DNA of 63,428 nucleotides, the filler included, from Reclinomonas americana ATCC 50394 (Eukaryota): assembly GCA_048213135.1 (NCBI GenBank). It is 4 parts of 3 records of this genome, joined end to end, with 100 filler letters (N's around TTAATTAATTAA, not from the genome) between each part and the next. Parts side by side here need not be neighbours in the genome. Positions count along the whole stretch, not along the records: positions 21,890 to 50,155 come from PS015088.1; positions 50,256 to 61,231 come from PS015089.1; 2 more parts are not named here. The stretch is one strand, 5' to 3'. Position 1 is the stretch's first letter; the number at the start of each line of letters is the position of its first letter. Under the pieces are notes generated by a model, which did not search any database, was not told the DNA's origin, and worked only from the letters and a program-made list of their open reading frames with translations. Positions 45,065 to 57,997 of this stretch are shown piece by piece. A program made the translations under genes and the position numbers.

Positions 45065-48000
45065 ATGTCGGTGAGTTGCATTTGCGCTTGCCACTCTCTC
45101 TCTCTCTCTCTCCTCATTCACATGCACAGTTCTCTGTGTGCGTGAGTGTTGCGCACGACGCATCGCTCTTTGTAACAGTCGAAGGCATGTCGTCGACCGC
45201 ATCTACTCTCGCCGACTTGCTCCGCGAGGCCACTCGCTTGTTGCGTGAGAAGAGTGGAGATGGGGGGATGGAGATTGTCGGCGTGGAGAAGCCGATGCCT
45301 CTGAAGATTGCCAAGGTTGGCGGCCTGGCACTGGAAGACCTGGGCATTGACTCGTCGACGCATCTTGTGGTGCATGTGATTGGCGGAGAGCGGCTGGCGC
45401 AACGCGATCCACGAAGTCTGTCGGTGGTGCGTGTCTTCCACGCTTGAAGGAGTCTCCTCTGCGTCCCTCCCGTGCTCATCTCTCTCTCACACACACTCCT
45501 TTTCTTCATTATGCCACGAAGTTTGTCTATTCTTCTGTATCTCTCTCACACACTCGCTCAAAATCACTCTCATTTCCTCTGTCTCTTACATACTTGCTCA
45601 TACTCTCTCCCTCCCTCTCCTCCCTCCCTCCCTCTCCTCCTTCTCCTCCTTCCCCTCTCCTTCCCCTCTCCCCCTCTCCTTCCCCTTCCTTCCCCTCTCT
45701 TGCCACTCACATTCCTCGTATGTGTGGCAGTTCTCCGTGCGCGTCAGTGCGGCGCATGATTCATCTCTGTCGGTGGCGGTGGAAGGCATGTCCTCCACGT
45801 CCACTCTCGCTGCCTTGCTGGGCGAGGCCACACACATGCTGCGCGAGAAGAGTGGGGACGAGGAGATGGAGATTGTCGGGGTGGAGAAGCCGATGGAGTT
45901 CGACTTGGAAGATGCGAATGTGGTGATGCTGCGCAGTCTGGGCATCAAATCCAGCACGTCATTGGTTGTTCGGGTGTCCATGTCGCATGTGGCTTCTGCT
46001 GCTGCCGCAGATGCAACAAAAAGGTGATTTTGAGTGCTAAGCATGTGATCCGGATGTGAACTCGTGCGCTCACCATTGTCGTCACCAGTGTGTCGGCACT
46101 GTCAGAACGGTGTGTTGTCGACCATTTTCCACGCTCCCTGATGTCGTTCTGTCCGACTCACTTGCAACTGTGCGAAGGAGGATTTTCTCGCAGCGCATCG
46201 ACATGGCGTGGGAGGCCGTCATCGACGCCGTGCGTGTGCGCTGTCGGCATGTGTTGGCACAGTTTAGTCGCGATCATCCCGATTTTGATGTGCGGGCGTG
46301 GACTCCCGATGTGTGGACACCGCCGCTGTGCCTGCATCCGTCGGTGATCAAGGCGTGGTATGATCGTCACGCACCACTCGCCCCTGGTCGCGTCAAGCTG
46401 TTTGCGCAGCAGCAGCAGCACATGCTCGACTGGAAGTCTGCGTTCGATGCCGACCCAGCCACCGATCCCTGTTGTGACGCATTCGACGTGACGGCCTTGG
46501 TGTCGATCTTGCTGTTTGGTGGCCTCGTGCCGGACGATGACGGTCGCAAGAAGCTGCTGATCGATGATGTCGATGAGCGCAAGGCGGTCGAACAGGTGCG
46601 TGAGGTGCGCAACGACTTGGCGCACGGCTCGTTGGAGTGGACCGCGGCTAGCGTGCAAGTGAACGTTGGTGATGGCGGTCTGTTTCTGACTCTTGTTGGG
46701 CGACTTCGCATTCCTGCTGATACGATGAGCGACTTGGCGAGTCGAATACGGGAGGCGCGCCACCTCAACTTCAGCGTCAGTACTTTTGAGGAGCGACTGA
46801 ATCGGCTTGCTCTGCGTGAGATGGTCTATTATCACGAGGACGAGAGTGTGCGCAAGGACATGCAGATGTATGTACCACTGCAGTGCTCGCGTGATCGTGA
46901 CGTCTCGTCGAGAGAGAGGATGACGGATCTGTTGACGGAGGTGGATGCTTTCCTCTCCGACCCCAATACCACCCAGCGTGTGCTGGTGCTGTTTGGCAAC
47001 AGTGGTGCCGGCAAGACCACTACCATGTCGATGTTGGCTGAGCGAGCATGGCGACAGTGGCAGACGAGGGAGAGCAGGCGAGTGCCTGTGCGTGTGCCTC
47101 TTGGTGCACTGCGCAATGCCGATGAGCGGCTGTTTGAGGAGGCACTGGAGCGACTGTCACCCGAATTGGGATTTTGTGAGACAGATGTGCGACGGTTAAA
47201 GGAGGAACCGCTGCTGTTATTGCTTGACGGGTACGACGAGCTGTATCGTGGTGTGAATCTGTATGTTAAGAACCAGCTGGATGTGTGTCGCGATGTGAAG
47301 GTGATTATCACCTGTCGTGGCGATTACGCACTGACGGCACTGGGTGGAGTCACGCAATATCGACGGTACTTTGCACCGGTCGATGCACGAGGACAGTTGT
47401 GCATGCAGCAGTTGACGGAGCGACACATTGCGCCGTTCAACAAGGAGCAGATTGAGCAGTACTTCGAGAGGCTCGTGCAAATGGGTGGAGATGACGGTGA
47501 GGTGCGATGGTTGACTGCCGCTGAATACATTCGTGCACTGAAGAGTGTACAAGGATTGGATGCTTTTGTGTCGAACCCATTCCTGCTGACAGTGGTGGCT
47601 CGTGTGTTGCCGCAATTGGTGGCGAGTGGTGTGCAGCGACCGACTCGGCGTGATGTGTTTGACCGATTCATTCGACAGTGGATTGTGAGGGAGCAGGAGA
47701 GGCAGACGCGTCTTGCTGCAGAGCGTGTGCCGAGTGAGGAGACGTGTCTCTCGTTCTGTGAGGGACTTGCACGGCTGATGCATGAGAGGAATATGGTGCG
47801 TGTGTCTGTGATGGAGAGTCGATCAGGAGATGGTGGAGAGGAGGACGATGACTTTGGTGGTGCACCGCTCGGTCGTCGACGAGTGGAAGACGGTCCATGG
47901 GACAAGTTTCTCGGTCACAAGAATCAGCATGTGCGAGTGTGCTGTCCGATTGTGCGACGATATGCGACGACACAGTGGGGATTCGTACATCTGTCGTTGC

Positions 48001-50155
48001 TGGAGCACTGTGTGGCACGGCATGTGTTTGCGTGGGAGACGTGGGAAGAGGAGAGGAAATTGACGCTGCAGGATGTGCAGCAGCATGTGTTGGGTGTGCG
48101 ACTGCTGAACGACAGACCATCGATGGTGGAGCAGATGGCCGAGGTGGTTCGACGGTCTCCACGACTGCAAGCGAGGTTGTGGGAGGTGATTGAGCTGTCA
48201 CGTGCGGTGGATGAGGAGCGAGTGGTGACGGCATCGGCGAATGCAGCGACAGTGTTGTGTGTGGCACAAGTATCGTTCAGCGGACGAGATCTGTCGGGTG
48301 TGCGAGTGAGAGGTGCGGATCTGAGGGACGCGGTGATGCACAGGGCGGTGTGGAGAGGAGCGGATTTGCGAGAGGTGAATATGTGCATGGCATATGCGAG
48401 GGAGGCGGATTTCCGGGGGGCGGATGTAACCGGGGTGAAGTGGCCGAGGAAGCCTCTGGCGGGACATTCAGCTGGAGTGACATTTGTTTCCGTTGCGCTT
48501 GACGGGCGGCATGCTGCGAGTGGAAGTGAGGACAACACTGTGCGGGTGTGGTCGCTAGAGAGTGGAGAAGAATTGCGATGTCTTCAGGGGCACACTGAAA
48601 CGGTCACTTCTGTGGCGTTTACTCCCGATGGTCAGCACGTTGTGAGCGCGAGTGAGGACAAGACTGTTCGGGTGTGGTCCGTGGAGAGTGGAGAGGAAGT
48701 GCTACGTTTGGAGGGACACACTGCTTCTGTGTGCTCTGTTGTCGTCACTCCCAATGGCCAGTACATCGTGAGTGGGAGTGCCGACAAGTCAGTACGAATT
48801 TGGTCTCTACGGAGTGGAGAAGAGGTGCGACGGTTGGAGGGACATNNNNNNNNNNNNNNNNNNNNNNNNNNNNNNNNNNNNNNNNNNNNNNNNNNNNNNN
48901 NNNNNNNNNNNNNNNNNNNNNNNNNNNNNNNNNNNNNNNNNNNNNNNNNNNNNNNNNNNNNNNNNNNNNNNNNNNNNNNNNNNNNNNNNNNNNNNNNNNN
49001 NNNNNNNNNNNNNNNNNNNNNNNNNNNNNNNNNNNNNNNNNNNNNNNNNNNNNNNNNNNNNNNNNNNNNNNNNNNNNNNNNNNNNNNNNNNNNNNNNNNN
49101 NNNNNNNNNNNNNNNNNNNNNNNNNNNNNNNNNNNNNNNNNNNNNNNNNNNNNNNNNNNNNNNNNNNNNNNNNNNNNNNNNNNNNNNNNNNNNNNNNNNN
49201 NNNNNNNNNNNNNNNNNNNNNNNNNNNNNNNNNNNNNNNNNNNNNNNNNNNNNNNNNNNNNNNNNNNNNNNNNNNNNNNNNNNNNNNNNNNNNNNNNNNN
49301 NNNNNNNNNNNNNNNNNNNNNNNNNNNNNNNNNNNNNNNNNNNNNNNNNNNNNNNNNNNNNNNNNNNNNNNNNNNNNNNNNNNNNNNNNNNNNNNNNNNN
49401 NNNNNNNNNNNNNNNNNNNNNNNNNNNNNNNNNNNNNNNNNNNNNNNNNNNNNNNNNNNNNNNNNNNNNNNNNNNNNNNNNNNNNNNNNNNNNNNNNNNN
49501 NNNNNNNNNNNNNNNNNNNNNNNNNNNNNNNNNNNNNNNNNNNNNNNNNNNNNGCCAAAGAAGTAACGTCTGTTGCTACAACGCCCGATGGCCATCACAT
49601 TCTGAGTGGCAGTTACGACCTGACTGTGCGTATGTGGTCCGTTGCGAGTGGGGAGGAAGTGCGACGATTTGTGGGACACAATGACCCGGTGTCTTCTGTT
49701 GCTGTCACTCCAGATGGTCAGTACACTGTTAGTGGCAGTTGGGACGGCTCAGTGCGAGTGTGGTCACTGGCGAGTGGAGAAGAAGTGCGACGATTGGATG
49801 GCCACACACGACCGGTGCAATCCGTCGCCACCACGCCCGACGGACAGCACATCTTGAGTGGGAGCGAAGACAGTACTGTGCGGGTATGGTCGGCTACGAG
49901 TGGAGAAGAAGTGCGACGATTGGAGGGACACTCTCGCTGGGTATCTTCTGTTGCTGTCACTCCCGACGGTCAGTACGTTGTGAGCGGGAGTTGGGACAAG
50001 ACCGTGCGAGTGTGGTCCATGGCAACTGGGGAAGAGGTGCGACGGTTGGATGGACACTCTGGAAGGGTTATGTCTGTTGCAATCACTCTCGATGGTCAGT
50101 ATATTGTGAGTGGAAGTGCGGACAATACAGTTCGCGTGTGGACTGTGGCGAGTGG
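45065..50155 (+). CDS. NLR-like protein: 2x ubiquitin-like - HEPN - NACHT - pentapeptide - WD40 (3' truncated)
   Basis: Micro-exon ATG TCG (45065-45070), duplicated Ubl-like exons 45130-45426 and 45731-46023, then a large exon from 46178. That exon has FDVTAL...VREVRNDLAH (HEPN RxxxxH at 46608-46625), GNSGAGKT, LLLLDGYDE, NPFLL, FVHLSLLE, pentapeptide and WD40 repeats. It runs into a gap and the scaffold end. Confidence 0.86.
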
Positions 50156-50255
50156 NNNNNNNNNNNNNNNNNNNNNNNNNNNNNNNNNNNNNNNNNNNNT
50201 TAATTAATTAANNNNNNNNNNNNNNNNNNNNNNNNNNNNNNNNNNNNNNNNNNNN
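50156..50255. other. Artificial scaffold linker
   Basis: TTAATTAATTAA at 50200-50211 within a 100-bp N block. Confidence 0.97.
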
Positions 50256-50960
50256 CGCAAACAACTTGACGCGACTAGGCGCGAGTGGTGCGTGACGATC
50301 GCACCATTCGCTAATCACCGACGGATGCAGGCACAACGGTGGCGTCCACAGATCGGGAGTCCACGCCCGCACATCCAATCGCTCGCGATATGCTCGACAC
50401 ATTTGTGCCAGTGCATGCCGACAGCGCACACGCACGGCGTCAATCACAGCCTCCCACGCCATGTTGATGCGCTGCGAGTGTACCATTCTGGCAAGAAATC
50501 AAAATAATGCCACGTGAGCTCCCATCGACAACTCTTGCAGGGACACTCGACTCACTTGGCGATTCTGTCCAGCACTGGAGGTGGTGGCGGAAAGGGAGCG
50601 GGAGCAGGAACAGGAGTCACTGGTCTCGCGCTGATGGCGCCAATCAGTACAAGATGACATCTGCTCTCCTCATTCGTGCGCACACACATACCTCTCCGCT
50701 TCACGGTCAATGTTGACGTGCAAGCCACCACCGACACCGGCCTCACGCAGTGTCTGTTTCTTGAACTGCACAAACTCGCCCTTCTTGAGTCGCGGCTCAA
50801 GGATGTTCCGCACCCGCCACCTGCCGCCGGTGTCGGCGTTGATTTTCGCCTCCAGTGCACGCAGCAAGTCGCTCACCACGGTCGCGTCTGTCATCCGCTC
50901 CACCACCACCGCCTGTTGTGTCTTCTTCGAGACCCCAGACACGAGCACCGTGACTGAGAA
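50256..50960 (-). CDS. 5' fragment of another Ubl-HEPN NLR paralog
   Basis: A Ubl-like exon (FSVTVLV...VSDLL...TLREAGV) and a Pro-rich linker exon are followed by an exon SQRINMAWEAVIDAVRVRCRH...RVKLFA, highly similar to 46190-46410. The same phase-2 intron precedes the HEPN-region exon. Confidence 0.8.
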
Positions 50961-51010
50961 CTGCGATCGGGGGCGTTGGAGGAAGNNNNNNNNNNNNNNN
51001 NNNNNNNNNN

Positions 51011-53082
51011 GATTGTGCGACGGTATGGAACGACGCAGTGGGGATTTGTGCATCTGTCGTTGCTGGAGCACTGTGTGGCGCGGCATGTGTTTGCTTGGGA
51101 GACGTGGGAAGAGGAGAGGAGATTGACGCTGCGGGATGTGCAACAACACGTGTTGGGTGTGCGACTGCTGAACGACAGACCATCGATGGTGGAGCAAATG
51201 GCCGAGGTGGTGCGACGGTCTCCTGCGTTGCAAGCGAGACTGTGGGAGGTGATTGAGTTGTCACGGGAAGTTGATGAAGAGCGAGTGGTTACGGCTGCCG
51301 CAAATGCAGCGACGGTGTTGTGTGTGGCACAAGTGTCGTTCAGCGGTCGAGATCTGTCGGGTGTGCGAGTGAGGGGTGCAGACTTGAGAGATGCAGTGAT
51401 GCACAGGACGGTGTGGAGGGGGGCGGATTTGCGAGGGGTGAATGTGTGCTTGGCGTATGCAAGGGAGGCGGATTTCCGGGGGGCGAATATGATGAGTGTG
51501 AAGTGGCCACGGAGGCCGATGGTGCGACATGCAGACTGGGTAAGGGCTGTCGCCGTGACTACGAGCGGTGAGCATATTGTCAGCGGGAGCGATGACGGCA
51601 CGGTAAGAGTGTGGTCACTGGCAAGTGGAGAAGAGGTGCGCCGACTGGCCGGGCACTCTCGGGAAGTGAGGTGTGTTGTCGCCACTCCCGACGATCGTCT
51701 TGCAGTAAGCGGAAGCAATGACAGGGCAATTAGAGTATGGTCTCTGGAGAGTGGACAGGAAGTGCGGCGGCTGGAGGGGCACACTCGTGGGATTTCATCA
51801 GTCGCCGTCACTCCCGACAGTCAGTATGCAGTAAGTGGGAGCGATGATGAGACGATTCGTCTGTGGTCGCTGGCCAGTGGGGAAGAGGTGCGGCGGTTTG
51901 AGGGACACTTTGATGGAGTGCATTCTGTCGCTGTCACACCGGATGGCCGGCATGTCGTGAGCGGTGGACGTGACAGAACTGTGCGCGTGTGGTCACTGGC
52001 GAGTGGAGTGGAAGAGCACTGTTTGGTGGGCCACGGGGGCGGTGTCCTTTCCGTGTTGGTCACGCCCGATGGTCAGCACATCGTCAGCGGGAGTGAGGAT
52101 AAATCAATACGATTGTGGTCACTGGCGAGTGGAGAAGAATTTAGACGGTTCGCGGGGCATACTGGAAAGGTGTTTTGTGTTGCCGTCAGCCCCGATGGCC
52201 AGCAAATTGTGAGCGGGAGTGGGGACAAGACTGTGCGAGTGTGGTCGGCGGCAAGTGGAGAACAGGTGCGACGAATGGAGGGACACACTGACTGGGTGGT
52301 GTCGGTCGCCATCAGCGCCGACTGTCAGCAAATTGTGAGTGGCAGCTTTGACAAGACGATTCGGGTGTGGTCTGCGGCAAGCGGAGAGGCTGTGCGACGC
52401 TCGGGAGGGCACACTGGCCGGGTGCAGTCCGTTGCCGTGACTTGTGATGGTCAGCACGTTGTGAGTGGCAGTGATGATTTGACAGTACAAATGTGGTCCG
52501 TGGTGAGTGGAGAGGAAGTGCGACGGTTTGAGGGACACACTGCAAGGGTGTTATGTGTCGCCGTCACCCCCGACGGGCAGCACGTTCTGAGCGGGAGCGG
52601 CGACAAGACGGTACGGACGTGGTCTGTGGCGAGTGGACAAGAAGCGCGCGTGATGTTGGGCCACACTGCAGAGGTGTGGTCAGTCGCCGTCACGCCAGAT
52701 GGTCGGCACGTCGTCAGTGGCAGTGGAGACAAAACAGTTCGTGTGTGGCTGCTGGCGAGTGGAGAGGAAGTACATAGGTTTCAGGGACACGCTGGGGGTG
52801 TTTTAGCAGTTGCTGTCACAGCCAATGGCGAGAGCGTTCTCAGTGGAAGCTATGACGCCACTGTGCGTGTGTGGTCACTTGCAAGTGGAGAAGTGGTGCG
52901 ACGGCTGGAGGGTCACGCTGGGCCAGTGTGGTCTGTCGCCATTACTTTGGATGGGCAGCACATTGTGAGCGGAAGTGCAGACGACACTTTGAGAGTGTGG
53001 TCTGCGGTGAATGGTGAGGAGTTACGACGAATGGTGGGGCACACAGATGCTGTGCTGTCTGTTGCCATATCGTGCAATAATG
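51011..53082 (+). CDS. NLR paralog fragment: NACHT winged-helix end, pentapeptide and at least 12 WD40 repeats
   Basis: IVRRYGTTQWGFVHLSLLEH... is nearly identical to the other two paralogs, followed by open-frame 126-bp WD40 units. Bounded by gaps. Confidence 0.88.
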
Positions 53083-53447
53083 NNNNNNNNNNNNNNNNNN
53101 NNNNNNNNNNNNNNNNNNNNNNNNNNNNNNNNNNNNNNNNNNNNNNNNNNNNNNNNNNNNNNNNNNNNNNNNNNNNNNNNNNNNNNNNNNNNNNNNNNNN
53201 NNNNNNNNNNNNNNNNNNNNNNNNNNNNNNNNNNNNNNNNNNNNNNNNNNNNNNNNNNNNNNNNNNNNNNNNNNNNNNNNNNNNNNNNNNNNNNNNNNNN
53301 NNNNNNNNNNNNNNNNNNNNNNNNNNNNNNNNNNNNNNNNNNNNNNNNNNNNNNNNNNNNNNNNNNNNNNNNNNNNNNNNNNNNNNNNNNNNNNNNNNNN
53401 NNNNNNNNNNNNNNNNNNNNNNNNNNNNNNNNNNNNNNNNNNNNNNN

Positions 53448-53836
53448 TACGACATGTCGGCAGTCGGGTGTACCGGCGACAGACAACACCGACCCAGCGT
53501 GTCCCTCCAGCCGCCGCACTTCCTCTCCACTCGCCACTGACCACACTCGCACTGTCTTATCTGCACCCCCGCTGACAATGTGCTGGCTGTCAGAGGTGAC
53601 GGCGACAGACCTAACCGCGTCTGTGTGGCCCTGCAACCGTCGCACTTCGTCCTCGGTCGGCGCAGACCACACCCGCACTGTTTTGTCCGTGCTCCCACTA
53701 ACAATGTGCCGACCATCACCCGTAACAGTGATCGATTCCACAGAACACGAGTGCCCCTCCAGCCGCCGCACTTCTTCTCCACTCGCTAGAGACCACACTC
53801 GCACAGATCTATCTTCGCCTCCACTAACAATGTACT
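53448..53836 (-). CDS. Three WD40 repeats of the same family in opposite orientation (gap-flanked contig)
   Basis: The minus frame reads YIVSGGEDRSVRVWSLASGEEVRRLEGH... in 42-aa units. Confidence 0.7.
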
Positions 53837-54623
53837 NNNNNNNNNNNNNNNNNNNNNNNNNNNNNNNNNNNNNNNNNNNNNNNNNNNNNNNNNNNNNNNN
53901 NNNNNNNNNNNNNNNNNNNNNNNNNNNNNNNNNNNNNNNNNNNNNNNNNNNNNNNNNNNNNNNNNNNNNNNNNNNNNNNNNNNNNNNNNNNNNNNNNNNN
54001 NNNNNNNNNNNNNNNNNNNNNNNNNNNNNNNNNNNNNNNNNNNNNNNNNNNNNNNNNNNNNNNNNNNNNNNNNNNNNNNNNNNNNNNNNNNNNNNNNNNN
54101 NNNNNNNNNNNNNNNNNNNNNNNNNNNNNNNNNNNNNNNNNNNNNNNNNNNNNNNNNNNNNNNNNNNNNNNNNNNNNNNNNNNNNNNNNNNNNNNNNNNN
54201 NNNNNNNNNNNNNNNNNNNNNNNNNNNNNNNNNNNNNNNNNNNNNNNNNNNNNNNNNNNNNNNNNNNNNNNNNNNNNNNNNNNNNNNNNNNNNNNNNNNN
54301 NNNNNNNNNNNNNNNNNNNNNNNNNNNNNNNNNNNNNNNNNNNNNNNNNNNNNNNNNNNNNNNNNNNNNNNNNNNNNNNNNNNNNNNNNNNNNNNNNNNN
54401 NNNNNNNNNNNNNNNNNNNNNNNNNNNNNNNNNNNNNNNNNNNNNNNNNNNNNNNNNNNNNNNNNNNNNNNNNNNNNNNNNNNNNNNNNNNNNNNNNNNN
54501 NNNNNNNNNNNNNNNNNNNNNNNNNNNNNNNNNNNNNNNNNNNNNNNNNNNNNNNNNNNNNNNNNNNNNNNNNNNNNNNNNNNNNNNNNNNNNNNNNNNN
54601 NNNNNNNNNNNNNNNNNNNNNNN

Positions 54624-55112
54624 AGCGGGAGTGAGGACAGGACGGTGCGGGTGTGGTCTGTGGAGAGTGGAGAAGAAGTGCAGCGTTTTGTGGGGCACGC
54701 TGGCGCCATTTGCTGTGTTGCTGTCACGCGTGATGGTCAGCACATTGTAAGCGGAAGCAGTGATGTGACCGTGCGCGTGTGGTCCGTGGCGAGCGGTCAA
54801 CAGGTTCGGCGGTTGGAGGGACACACTGGGTGGGTGGAGTCGATTGCCGTCACCATCGACGACCAATACATTGTAAGTGGAGGTGCTGACAAGACTGTGC
54901 GAGTGTGGTCGCTGGCGACTGGTGCAGAGGTGCGACGAGGTACAGAGGCTGACTTTGCTGGTACATCTCGCGATGTTGTCACCACACGTGAGCTCACCGT
55001 CCGAGCGTCCGGCACGTCGATTCTCGTGCTGCGAAGGCACCGGCGCGGTGACCTGCTGGAGCAGATCTGTGGATCGTTCTTGCATGATTTCACCCTGGCG
55101 TTGTACGAGTAG
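54624..55112 (+). CDS. C-terminal WD40 repeats and end of the NLR paralog
   Basis: SGSEDRTVRVWSVESGEE...; ends LHDFTLALYE-TAG with no CaaX. Confidence 0.8.
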   Translation, partial: SGSEDRTVRVWSVESGEEVQRFVGHAGAICCVAVTRDGQHIVSGSSDVTVRVWSVASGQQVRRLEGHTGWVESIAVTIDDQYIVSGGADKTVRVWSLATGAEVRRGTEADFAGTSRDVVTTRELTVRASGTSILVLRRHRRGDLLEQICGSFLHDFTLALYE

Positions 55113-55375
55113 ACTGCATGTCACGTCCAAGCTCTCTGGCTGTCGTGAGCGAGCCTGAAGGTCACGGCCACGCACGAGGGAGAACAGGCCTAGGGTGCCT
55201 TGTGCAGAGGCACGACGTCGCGGTCGACGTCGCCTCTTGATCGCCGCGAGAACATGCAATGAATTGTTTTTTATGACTGTATGTTGCCTACATCCAACCA
55301 GCAGCGTTCTGCTGTGTGACAAGAGAAAACGTCAAAGGACTCGACGTTGCCATACGTCGAATATTCAGAAAATCG

Positions 55376-57827
55376 ATGGCCTCGTCGAGCAGTAGTGCCG
55401 GTGTCATTGGCGACCCCGGTACCACTGTCACCTCACCCGCCTCCCCATCTCCATCACCGTCGACATCGACAGTGACGACGAGTGGCACATTCGCTGATGT
55501 CGTATTACAAGGCGTCGAAGGCGCGACGATCGCTCTCTTGCTCATCGTGCTCGTCTACCTCATCATCGGCATTGTGTTGGTGAGACGCGCGCCCACCGAC
55601 GCATGCTCTCTCTCTCTCTCTCTCGCTCACACACGCACGCCCTTCGGAAGGTGATCCGATCGCGTCGGCTGTATTTCAACTCCCTGTGGCCCGCGCGTTT
55701 GTTGATGCTCTTTTGCGGTGTTTTGTGGGTGGTTCGTGCGTCCTTCAACACCGCCCCACCTCCCTGCTCGATCGCCCACAATCATCGCCATCGCTGCGCG
55801 CAGATCGGTTTATTGTTCGGTCAGTGGCTCCTCGTGCAGCCGCTGCGGCTCTTCGATGTGCGACTGAACAGCTGTCGGCTGTACGCTCTGCTGGCGTTGG
55901 GAGTGGGGCAACCAGGCGTGCTGATGGTCGTTTACATTGTGCAACGCATGGCCTGGTGCGTGTCGATCGCCAAGTGGTGCTGATGGTGGCGGCGTGTGTT
56001 TTTCCGCGCCTCACGTGAGTGGTTTTTTCCGACAGGGATAAGGTCGTGTCGGAGGCGCCTGTGTGCCTGCCGAGCTCGCCCAAGCATCGCGTGGAGAACC
56101 GCAGAGCGTATCGTGTCACGCTGGCCATCGTGACGTGCGTGTGCTTTGCGCAGGCCATGGTGGTCATCGTCGACTACGCGGCGGTGACGCCCTCTGATCG
56201 ATGCGGAGTGACCCCGCTGTCGCACATGGCCTCCACTGAGTCGGCAACCAACCGGGTGCGACTGACGCCATTGGATCTGGAGTCGCTGCATGGTGTGTGG
56301 GCTGGTGGTGGCGAATCGTCGCGTGATGCGAGTGCGGCAGGGTCGTCACCGTCGGCGGCAACCTTGTGGGTGGTGGCGCTGTACGATTCGTCCACGTGCA
56401 CGTGCAACACGCCGCTCATCTCCACCTGCATCATTGCGGTGTTGGAGGTGGCGTTCTTGGCCAGCTACAGTTGCGTCCAACACACAGAGCGTAGTGGAGG
56501 ATGTTGGGTGATCGCAGCACTGAGTGGAGTGCGTGACACAGGCAAAGTGTTGCGCGCGCCGATTTGGCGATTCCTCAATCGCGCCACGAGTCGCCGCCTC
56601 CGCATGGCGTTTTGGCTGACTCTTTTCCTGTTGCCGATCCATGTCGCGTTGCTGGTGGCTCGCCGATTTGTCGAGTTATGTATCTGGCGAAGAGGGGCCG
56701 TCTCATTATTCTCTCTCTATCTCCCCATCTTCCAGTTCTCCATCATTCTTTCCACCGACCCTCTCTTGCTAGCAAAGAAACGTGGCATTCCTTGCTCCTC
56801 GTATTCTTCTCTCTCGCTCCTTCCCGCCACCCCACTCACTACTCCCACCTCGCAGAACCGACAACACCATCATGCGCAGTCTGATCATCGGCACCACGAT
56901 TGTCGCAATGCTGCACATTCTCGTGTTCACCTGGGTCTACGTGGTGCAGCCGGTCTCGGCCGCCATGGGTGTGACGTACAATGTGAATCCGCTGGCCACG
57001 TACAAGCTCAGAGGCAAGCACGTCACCAGTGTGGCTTTTGGTGATGATGGAGTCGGTGAGTAGGAGCAGCGAAGGGTGGGGTGATTGCACGTGAAGGCTG
57101 ACTCAATGCGCGCACTGCCAGACGTGGAGAGTGCGCTCGCGTCCATGAGCAACGACAGCACAATGTTGTCGCCCACTGGCTCTGTGGCCAACAGCGACGC
57201 CGAATCGACTGGTTTGCATCGTGTTGCTCCGGGCAAAGTGCCGTGCGGCCTTTAACTCTCCTCCGTGCACAGGCGGCCGTGTAGAACTGGCCAGTCGTGG
57301 TCGCTGGGGCCGTCAAGTCGTGGAGGTGAGTGCTTCTTTTTCTCTTCCTTGCCGTCGTCGTCTGATCTCCTGAACTTTGCCAATCAGCCGCACCGGAGAC
57401 TCGGCGGCGTGTCGTCGGGCAATCGCGGCAGTCGTGCCGTGCAGTTTGCCAACGATTCCCTGAGCGGCGCTGGTGTCTGTGGTGCGTCGACAACAATCGT
57501 GCGTTGTCACAAGAGACCGCAATTTATGACTTACCGTTGGTTGTCAGCGGCCCACTCCCCTCCCGCTGTCTCTGTCGACGACCTCCCCTCGCCGACAATG
57601 TCAGATAGTTTCGTCCTGTTTTGTGCGACGCCAGTCTTTCTTCACTGCTCACTTGTTGTTCCACTGCAGTGTCACCGCTGCATTCGTCCGACGGCGGCGA
57701 GGCACTGGCTTGGCCGCTCTTCCACGCCCCAGTGGAGCCAGTCGACGAAGAAGTCGTGCGAGCGACCGTACTCGACGGCTTTTCCACCGTCGTGCACAAT
57801 CCTCTGTTTTGCTCCCGTCGCCGCTGA
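55376..57827 (+). CDS. Multi-pass (about 7 TM) membrane protein of unknown function, about 11 exons
   Basis: Ser/Thr-rich N-terminus, then hydrophobic helices across exons (IALLLIVLVYLIIGIVL; YFNSLWPARLLMLFCGVLWV; LYALLALGVGQP; CNTPLISTCII; FWLTLFLLPIHVALL; ILVFTWVYVVQPV). The 3' exons are less certain. Confidence 0.68.
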
Positions 57828-57997
57828 TGCGACACCCCCTGTTTATTGTTCCCCCCGGAAACCTTTTAGTGTCCACCATTTTTTCCTGTTGTTATCGTCT
57901 TTGTTGATTTGTGTGCTCCTGTGGACAAGCACGGCTGTTATTATGTTTGCTTCTTCTTGTTTACGATGTGTAAATACACCAATCCCAACCCTGCCCC

